Assembly: GCA_024280885.1 (NCBI GenBank)
Contig: JAJRPF010000020.1
Location: 24,697-88,696, forward strand
Direction of reading: 5' to 3'
DNA from: Planctomycetota bacterium
GTDB lineage: Bacteria; Planctomycetota; JAJSAM01; JAJVHW01
Length of the DNA: 64,000 nucleotides
Shown in pieces: positions 58,273 to 64,000 of this stretch. Both the position numbers and the translations under genes were made by a program. Under the pieces are notes generated by a model. The model was given only the letters and a program-made list of their open reading frames with translations, had not been told where the DNA came from and searched no databases. Within the stretch, counting starts at the first letter, position 1, and every line of letters starts with the position of its first letter.

Positions 58273-59742
58273 ATGCCACTCACGAACATACGACGCTGCG
58301 GGGTGCTCGCGGCAGTCGCTATCGCGACAGTCGCCACTTGTGCCGTTGCTCCGGACATCCAAGCCGAGCACGGAGGCGAGCAGCTCCCCGTAGAGCAGCG
58401 AAGTCGGGTCCACCGTGCGCTGGCCTTGCACGCGTACCAGGATGCGGCGCTGCTAGCGAGCGTGGTGAGCCTTGTGATCTACATGCGCGAGATGAGCGCA
58501 GATCCCGGGAGTGATCTCTCAGAGGAGGTTGCCACTCCGTCCGCGGCGGTCGCCCCGCGCGGTGCGCGCGTGCGTTATCGAATTGCGTTTGCCGAGTCCC
58601 CTGACGGCGCGAAAGGGCTTCTCGCTTGGCCGTCGACTCGCACCAACCTCCTCGGCTACGTCGTGTTCGTGAACACCGACGGGCGAACTTGGTTCGCGCG
58701 AGACACGATCGGCTGCTCCGGCGCCTTCGCGGCGCCGAAGCTCGCGCTGCCGCGCTCGACGTCCGAATCGGAAGGAGGGCGTATCGTCTGGCGCGAGTTT
58801 CGGCACTTCGTCATTTCGGGTCGAGAGGTGACAGACTACTTCTCCGGAATGTGGCCGGTCACCGCGAGCGATTCAAAGATGCTCGGATATCTGGTCGATG
58901 CTGCGCAGCGGTGGGTGAAGAGTGGCGTGACGTCCGATGTGTCGGGGGCGGGCGAACTGCCGGTGGACCGCGGACATGCATCTGTCCTCGTGGCAGAGGA
59001 GTACGTCACCACCGGCCGGATCTCGTTGGCCGATGGGTTCTCGATCTATGACCCGCTGTCGACGTCGGGTCGCTGGACGATTGACCCGATCACCGTGCGC
59101 GCCGCTGTGTGGGGTAGCGAGCGCGGGGTGAGCAACCTTGGGGCCGTAGTGAACGATGTCTGCCACGCCCGCGAGTCCGTCCACGTGCTGCGCGCGCCCG
59201 TGGAGGTCGCGGACGAGGACTCCATGTCGCGCCTTGCGCGCGTCGCCTCGATCCGAGGTCTCACGCGCGTGACGATGGAACGGAACGGGCTGGGAGAAAA
59301 CTCTCAGCGGGTATTCGCGATTGGCGGATCGCCCCTGGTCTTGCCTCGGAGACCTGTGTGCTGGGAGGAGCGCGTCGCGTGGGAGGCGCGTGAGTTCGCG
59401 CTGACGGGTGCCGTCGAATGGGCGAGGCGGGAGTACGGGAAGTCGGATTCGCCGCTGTCAGAGAGCGAAGAGGGGCGGCTGGCGCGTGTGTCGACGGACT
59501 GGTTCGAGGTCGCGTGGCCGCGCGCCGTGGACGAGACGCTTCCCTCGGGCGAGCCGGAAACGGATGTCGTTCCGCTCGCTGTAGCTGGCGCACTGGTGGA
59601 GGCGTTCGAGTCGCCTTCCGCGGGAATACTGTGCCGGGCTCGTTTTTCTCACCCCCCGAGAGCAGGTCTCCTGCGGGAACTCGACCAGAGGGAGTGTCAC
59701 GAACGACGGGGTTCCACCGCCCGCCCGATGTCGCACGCATGA
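58273..59742 (+). CDS. Hypothetical exported protein (N-terminal LLAWP...FVNTDG segment reminiscent of pilin-like/DUF2950 proteins)
   Basis: 489-aa ORF with GGAG RBS and signal-like N-terminus; family resemblance weak. Confidence 0.5.
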   Translation: MPLTNIRRCGVLAAVAIATVATCAVAPDIQAEHGGEQLPVEQRSRVHRALALHAYQDAALLASVVSLVIYMREMSADPGSDLSEEVATPSAAVAPRGARVRYRIAFAESPDGAKGLLAWPSTRTNLLGYVVFVNTDGRTWFARDTIGCSGAFAAPKLALPRSTSESEGGRIVWREFRHFVISGREVTDYFSGMWPVTASDSKMLGYLVDAAQRWVKSGVTSDVSGAGELPVDRGHASVLVAEEYVTTGRISLADGFSIYDPLSTSGRWTIDPITVRAAVWGSERGVSNLGAVVNDVCHARESVHVLRAPVEVADEDSMSRLARVASIRGLTRVTMERNGLGENSQRVFAIGGSPLVLPRRPVCWEERVAWEAREFALTGAVEWARREYGKSDSPLSESEEGRLARVSTDWFEVAWPRAVDETLPSGEPETDVVPLAVAGALVEAFESPSAGILCRARFSHPPRAGLLRELDQRECHERRGSTARPMSHA

Positions 59743-59783
59743 CCTCGGTCCGCGTGGCTTTCGCCAGCTTCGGGGTCGGCACT

Positions 59784-59848
59784 GACAAGAACGGCGATCC
59801 CGCGCACGCGCCCCGGAGTCGGGCGACAACTGTCCTGACACCGGGGGC
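59784..59848. repeat. ~64-bp hairpin repeat after gene end, copy B
   Basis: 4 mismatches plus a 2-bp indel relative to copy A. Confidence 0.85.
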
Positions 59849-59951
59849 CCCGGCACAGGATTCCTCCATGTGAGGAACCGCCCCGCAAGGCGACGCAAGC
59901 GGACCGTGACGTCGCCGTCGCCGCTGATCGCCGACGCGTCAGATCGACGTG

Positions 59952-60220
59952 CTACATCCGTCGGAGCAGGCGGTCGTAGTCAGCGTGGCTACCGATCCAG
60001 AACCAAACGACCTCGTCGCCCTCGAGCAACGCGAGCGCACGGTACCCGAGGCTGATCCGGACGGAGTACACCGGGTCCCGATTGTGGACCTTCTTGAAGT
60101 GCAGGCTCGGATGCTCCGGATCGGCGCGGAACAGCCCGTAGATCTTCTGCGCGGCGTCCCGCACGTTCGGCGGAGTCCGCGGTACGCCGCCCAGAAGCGC
60201 GGGGTACCGCGTGACCTCAC
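59952..60220 (-). pseudogene. RelE/ParE-like toxin with a 1-bp frameshift
   Basis: GTG start overlapping antitoxin stop gives MRSRGTPRFWAAYRGL, then another frame gives PPNVRDAAQKIYGLFRADPEHPSLHFKKV...WFWIGSHADYDRLL; span is 269 nt. Confidence 0.8.
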
Positions 60221-60435
60221 AGCGTGTCGGGGTCGAGATCGGACACCCGGCCAGCCGGCCCTTCCGCGCGAGCTTCCGCCGCGAGTTGGCCCAGGGCATC
60301 GTGGGACGGGTTGAATTGCTCCGCCCAAGTGCCCTCGTCGCGGAGTTCCTCGAGAATCCACTTGCCAACGCGATCCTGCTCCTGCGGAGGCAGTGCCGCC
60401 AGCTTGGCGATCGCAGTGTCGAGCGTGCTCGTCAT
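60217..60435 (-). CDS. Cognate antitoxin (72 aa)
   Basis: MTSTLDTAIAKLAALPPQEQDRVGKWILEELRDE..W...F...LAAEARAE...LDPDTL; TGGTATGCT extended -10 lies 7 nt upstream (leaderless). Confidence 0.8.
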   Translation of the reverse strand: MTSTLDTAIAKLAALPPQEQDRVGKWILEELRDEGTWAEQFNPSHDALGQLAAEARAEGPAGRVSDLDPDTL

Positions 60436-60606
60436 GATCGGGAGCATACCACACGTCGGCAAGTGGCGGCCCGGGCCGCCGCTCGCCGCTGAGCGTTACG
60501 CCGCGGAACTCCGTGCGAGGATCAATTCGTCGACCCGCTCAGCGAAGTGCCCGATCTGATCTTTGACCGTCCCGCGCCCATGAAGACGTCCGCTCCGCGA
60601 AACAGG

Positions 60607-60661
60607 GAACCCGGACGAATTCTTCGGACGCGTCGCTGGGCCGAAGAATTCATCCGGGTTC
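60607..60661. repeat. 21-bp inverted repeat related to the REPIN-like family
   Basis: GAACCCGGACGAATTCTTCGG-N13-CCGAAGAATTCATCCGGGTTC. Confidence 0.8.
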
Positions 60662-60705
60662 AGTAGTTAGCGGGAGCGCGCTGCCGCGGCGGCACGGCGC
60701 AGCAT

Positions 60706-60830
60706 CTCCGTCCCCGCTTAGGATACTGAATGACGTTGCGCGCTGCGACGACGCGGTTGACAGGCCGGCGAGCCTGGTCGAAAGTGGAGCGTTCAGATCG
60801 ACGAATTGAGCCTGGCACAGTATGTCGTGG
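60706..60830. repeat. 125-bp direct repeat, copy 2
   Basis: See copy 1; runs directly into the toxin-tip fragment. Confidence 0.9.
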
Positions 60831-61090
60831 AAGTGAAGTCCGGGCATGCTACGCGGAGCTCCAAACAAGCTCGCATCGACCGCGAGATCGCGGATGGAAC
60901 CACCGACTACGAGTACCATGGAGTCCGTGCTGACGGTGTCTCCATTACTGGCAAGACGAAGAAGGACACGGCTACTGTGCTCGTCAGAGTGGAGGGGGCG
61001 GGAGAGGCGAAGCGAGTGACTTTCGAGTGGGCGAACGGAAGCCCCGACGCTAGCGTCGAGGCCGCATTGCGAGAGGCGTTCCGTGACTGA
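60806..61090 (+). pseudogene. Orphan C-terminal tip of a polymorphic toxin (PD-(D/E)XK nuclease-like)
   Basis: VVEVKSGHATRSSKQ motif (ExK...Q); no RBS or convincing start; stop overlaps next gene (GTGA-type coupling). Confidence 0.55.
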
Positions 61091-61724
61091 GAGCGCCAAG
61101 GTGAGCTGGGCAATGCGCAGACTCGATGAGGCGCTGACTGCACGTGGCTTCTCCTTGTACGCGGACCGTTCGGTGTTCTTTCGGCGCGATCGCATCGGAG
61201 TCGCACGAGTGCATTGCTCTCTTCGCATGCTCGGCGCTGACTTCATCGCGAGAGTGAACGTGACGTACCAAGCCAAGCTCGTTGATAGGGTCTTCAAGCG
61301 ATTCGGTGACCGGGCTTTCGGAGGATGGACCTCTGTTCCGCCGCAATGCTATCGCCGTAGCGTGACTCCTCGCGGCTCGGTTGCGGTCTCTCCCAGCGAA
61401 TTCCGGCCTGTGATGGATGACGTGATTCGTCAGACGCTGGAACTGGCCGACCTGGTCGTTGACGCGAGCCAAGAGGCTCCAGCATTCGCCGAGTTCTGCG
61501 AACTGGCGGTTCGACACGAGACCCCCGCTGGCAGACGAACGCCATTGGACGATGCGACTCGATACGCCGTGATCGTTCTGCACGCGACTGTCGGGAGTCT
61601 TGGCGGCGCCCGACGGATGATCGCGCGCCTGCGCGCGGACGCGGCTGTCGAGTCAGACGACGATGCGCTCGCGACAGCGGACTACATCGAGAACTCGATT
61701 CTCCCGGAGTACGAGACATCATGA
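61083..61724 (+). CDS. Hypothetical protein, probable immunity protein
   Basis: Coupled to the toxin tip and to the next gene; lower GC. Confidence 0.55.
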   Translation: MTESAKVSWAMRRLDEALTARGFSLYADRSVFFRRDRIGVARVHCSLRMLGADFIARVNVTYQAKLVDRVFKRFGDRAFGGWTSVPPQCYRRSVTPRGSVAVSPSEFRPVMDDVIRQTLELADLVVDASQEAPAFAEFCELAVRHETPAGRRTPLDDATRYAVIVLHATVGSLGGARRMIARLRADAAVESDDDALATADYIENSILPEYETS

Positions 61725-62164
61725 AGCGCGACGTGTACGACAAGGCGAAGTACCACCTACGCGACCCCGTTTTTCGCGACGGCGTCCCCGAGTCGCGCGC
61801 CTACGTTGTGGGTGGCATGCTATTTGGCTGGCTCGCCGCACGCGGGCGCCTGGCGCCGTGGCTGCAGGAAGAGGTGGGAACGGATGCGCAGCGAATCGTG
61901 GACGGCAAGCTGACCGGCCCCCAACTGTGGGAGCGGCTTGGCGGAGTCATGGATCGCGACACGCCACGCGGTGACACGGTGGCGTTCCTGGATTGGCTCT
62001 ACTTCACGAAGCCGAGCCCGTACCACAAGTACGTCGCAGACGAGTTGGCCTCGGATCTTCCGAGCCTGTACCATGTGCAGGGGAGCCGTCGCAATCAGAT
62101 CGCAGTGCTCGAGTTGCTTGATGCTCTGTTGGAGTACTGGGAGACCGACGTCCGCGGCGCCTAA
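61721..62164 (+). CDS. Conserved hypothetical protein of the YDKAK(Y/W)H family often found in toxin-immunity clusters
   Basis: YDKAKYH...GMLFGWL...LTG...F...Y...LPSLYHV pattern recalled from that family. Confidence 0.65.
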   Translation: MKRDVYDKAKYHLRDPVFRDGVPESRAYVVGGMLFGWLAARGRLAPWLQEEVGTDAQRIVDGKLTGPQLWERLGGVMDRDTPRGDTVAFLDWLYFTKPSPYHKYVADELASDLPSLYHVQGSRRNQIAVLELLDALLEYWETDVRGA

Positions 62165-62178
62165 CGTCGTTGTGAACC
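62159..62178 (+). mobile_element. Truncated attC-like half site
   Basis: Gene stop TAA lies inside GCCTAAC (RYYYAAC), followed after 5 nt by TGTGAACC; matching L'/R' (GTTAGGC) not found. Confidence 0.35.
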
Positions 62179-62563
62179 TTGAGCGTACTGTCGCATCAAA
62201 TCTGCACGCCGCAGTCTCGTCAGTTCTCACGTCCGCTCATGATTGAGCGTCGCCGCGCGTGACGGAACTGCAAGTTGCCCCTTCCGGTGGCCCGCGACGA
62301 CCAGCCTGCGGGACCGTTCGACGCCCTGGCCGGCGCTCGCCCGAGGCCACTCACTGCGACGAGCATGCGCCCTCGCTGGATGCGCATTCAGGCTTGCCTC
62401 AAGGCTCTCATGACCGGGTCGGTCGATTCACGGGGGGCAGATCACTCCCCTCCGTCCTCGTCCCGCGAGGCGCGTTCCGGTTCGCCGTCGCGATCGCGGG
62501 CAGCGCCGCGTTGCCGCCCGCTCGTCGTCGCGCATGAGCTCCGAGTAGACGTTGCAGGAGGCA

Positions 62564-62701
62564 CCGCTGCACTGCCGCTGCACTACCGCTGCACAACGTC
62601 GGTCAACTCCTGCCTCTTGTGCGGCTTGTGCAGTTTTCCGCACGCGTAAGTCCTTATTCCATAAGCATCTTACGTTGCTTCGGGAGCAAGAGGCCGGAGG
62701 T
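62564..62701 (+). mobile_element. att-like scar: 3x CCGCTGCAC(T) direct repeats, AT-rich inverted repeat and tRNA-Pro(CGG) fragment
   Basis: 11-bp-period repeats at 62564/62575/62586; CGTAAGTCCTTATTCCATAAGCATCTTACG (62645-62674); TTGCTTCGGGAGCAAGAGGCCGGAGGT (62675-62701) = anticodon arm to T-stem. Confidence 0.6.
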
Positions 62702-62963
62702 GCGGCTCCGCTCTGCGTTCCGCACCTCCACGCGGACCACGATGGATCCTCTTCAGTGCCCGACGTAGAGTGACACTACAGCGCGCTCGAGGCCCCTTGT
62801 CGGTGGCTCCCGGAATCGGTCCACCGCGAGACTCGACCGGGGTCCGCCGCGGCCCGCGAGACAGAGCGGAGCGAATCGAGCCGTGCGAAGCGTAGCGAGC
62901 ACAGACAATTGAGATCTGCCGCATGTTGCGCGGTCGGTCTGCGGAGCAGGCCGCCCCCGCAAG

Positions 62964-63051
62964 CTGCGGAGCGCGGATCGGACCGGGCCGCCCGCCCCGT
63001 CTTGACCTGAGACGCGGCGACTTCTGGCCCGGTCCGATCCACGCTCTGCAG
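62964..63051. repeat. 27-bp imperfect inverted repeat downstream of the last complete gene
   Basis: CTGCGGAGCGCGGATCGGACCGGGCCG ... TGGCCCGGTCCGATCCACGCTCTGCAG. Confidence 0.7.
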
Positions 63052-63060
63052 ATCCGGAGA

Positions 63061-63408
63061 TCACCAGAGCAGGCCGCCGAGGGAGGCGGCGATGTCGAGC
63101 GTGTCGAAGACCGGCGCGTACCACGCGCCGCCGCCGGTGCCGGCTTCGGTGGCCGATCCGCCCATCACGCTGTCGAGGCGTTCGTTCGTCTCGGCGCGCT
63201 GGTCGGCCATCGTCTCGCGCATCTCGGTGACGCCCTCGGGGACCGCGTTGGTCGCGCGGGAGGAGCTGGAGCGCATCTCGTCCACGGAACTGGGCGATCC
63301 GCCGGATGCGCACGCACCCAGGAGAAGCGCACACGGCAAGAGCATGCAGGCGAGGGTGGAGCGGAGCGTCGCTCTGGTCACGGAGGCAGGGTGGTTCAAC
63401 ATCGTCAT
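63061..63408 (-). CDS. Small hypothetical lipoprotein
   Basis: Lipobox LGA-C; typical codon usage. Confidence 0.65.
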   Translation of the reverse strand: MTMLNHPASVTRATLRSTLACMLLPCALLLGACASGGSPSSVDEMRSSSSRATNAVPEGVTEMRETMADQRAETNERLDSVMGGSATEAGTGGGAWYAPVFDTLDIAASLGGLLW

Positions 63409-63470
63409 GTGAGCGTCATCGGCTGGGTCGCGGCGCCGGGTCCGGCCTGCGCTGAGCCTATCAGAGTGCA

Positions 63471-64000
63471 TCAGAGCTTGTCGAGCAGGTCGCGCCAGCG
63501 CTGCGCCAGCCAGTCTGGATCAGGCACACCCTCGATCACCATCTTGTCGAAAGAGCCGGCGCTGTTCACGACGAACACGGCGGGCGAGAGGCCCTTGAAC
63601 TCGTACTTCTTGTCGCCGAACGCGCTGCCGCGGATCGTGCGGCCGCCCGGGAAGCGCATCCAGACCTCCTTGTCGGCCTTGCCGCACTTGATCGTGACGG
63701 TCTGCGCGGGCTGGAACTTTGGCTCCTCCGAGCCGCACTTCCGCACGAAGCCGATCTCGCCGGGAGGGGCGTCCTTCCACATGTCCGGGCCGAAGAGGAC
63801 GATCGCGTTCTCGCGGAAATCCTCGCGCCCGCCGCCCTTGCCGAGTTGGAAGAAGCTGTTTTGCAGTGTGTAGAGGTAGTAGCGGCGGGGCTCACCCGCC
63901 TCGAAGAACATGACGCCGAGATCGTGGGCCCGCCCGGGCGTCACCTCGACCTGGACCGAGAGGAACTCCGCCTTGAAATGGGCGTCGAGCATGAACGCCC
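63471..64000 (-). CDS. 3' end of a hypothetical protein (partial)
   Basis: Strong GC3 bias, frame open to the window edge. Confidence 0.7.
   Translation of the reverse strand, partial: AFMLDAHFKAEFLSVQVEVTPGRAHDLGVMFFEAGEPRRYYLYTLQNSFFQLGKGGGREDFRENAIVLFGPDMWKDAPPGEIGFVRKCGSEEPKFQPAQTVTIKCGKADKEVWMRFPGGRTIRGSAFGDKKYEFKGLSPAVFVVNSAGSFDKMVIEGVPDPDWLAQRWRDLLDKL

Noticed and set aside
60594..60673. Complete attC site (GTTAGCG end, long dyad)
   Set aside because: Spacers too short and no extrahelical bases; better explained as a REP-like inverted repeat
62400..62560. Tyrosine recombinase remnant (NVYSELMRDD and GHESL on the minus strand)
   Set aside because: Motifs are short and in the wrong order; not supportable
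1..64000. Many long overlapping or antisense ORFs (e.g. 49650-52202 -, 21413-23116 +, 9726-11333 +, N-terminal extension of 40609-43209 -)
   Set aside because: Shadow ORFs expected in high-GC DNA; Arg/Pro/Ala-rich with no motifs, and opposite well-supported genes

Overview
High-GC (roughly 68-70%, estimated by eye) bacterial chromosomal segment. The gene repertoire (TPR/FG-GAP/ASPIC-UnbV lipoprotein, PKD-repeat protein with a terminal c-type cytochrome, Ser/Thr kinase-AAA-TPR protein, DUF3857 transglutaminase-like pair) suggests a Planctomycetota-like organism (inference). Core genes are infA, gatCAB, a FabH-like synthase, an AddAB-type helicase/nuclease, an alpha-2-macroglobulin + pbpC pair and two Hsp20 genes behind a consensus sigma54 promoter. 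Signals not visible in the ORF track: (1) a small membrane protein with an in-frame UGA followed by a SECIS-like hairpin (candidate selenoprotein, 499-879, minus strand), translationally coupled to an esterase; (2) a candidate sigma54-driven small RNA with a C/U-rich loop (about 26505-26621, minus strand); (3) three ~105-bp REPIN-like palindromes, two of which bracket a sialate O-acetylesterase gene; (4) a decayed accessory island (about 56050-62730) with repeat-delimited genes, disarmed TA modules, an orphan nuclease toxin tip with two immunity-like genes, a half attC and a tRNA-Pro-derived att-like site; (5) an in-frame amber codon at a conserved Glu of AddB and a G14 tract in a surface lipoprotein. 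No CRISPR array, rRNA or intact tRNA was seen. All family calls come from motif recognition by eye; no database searches or folding programs were run.
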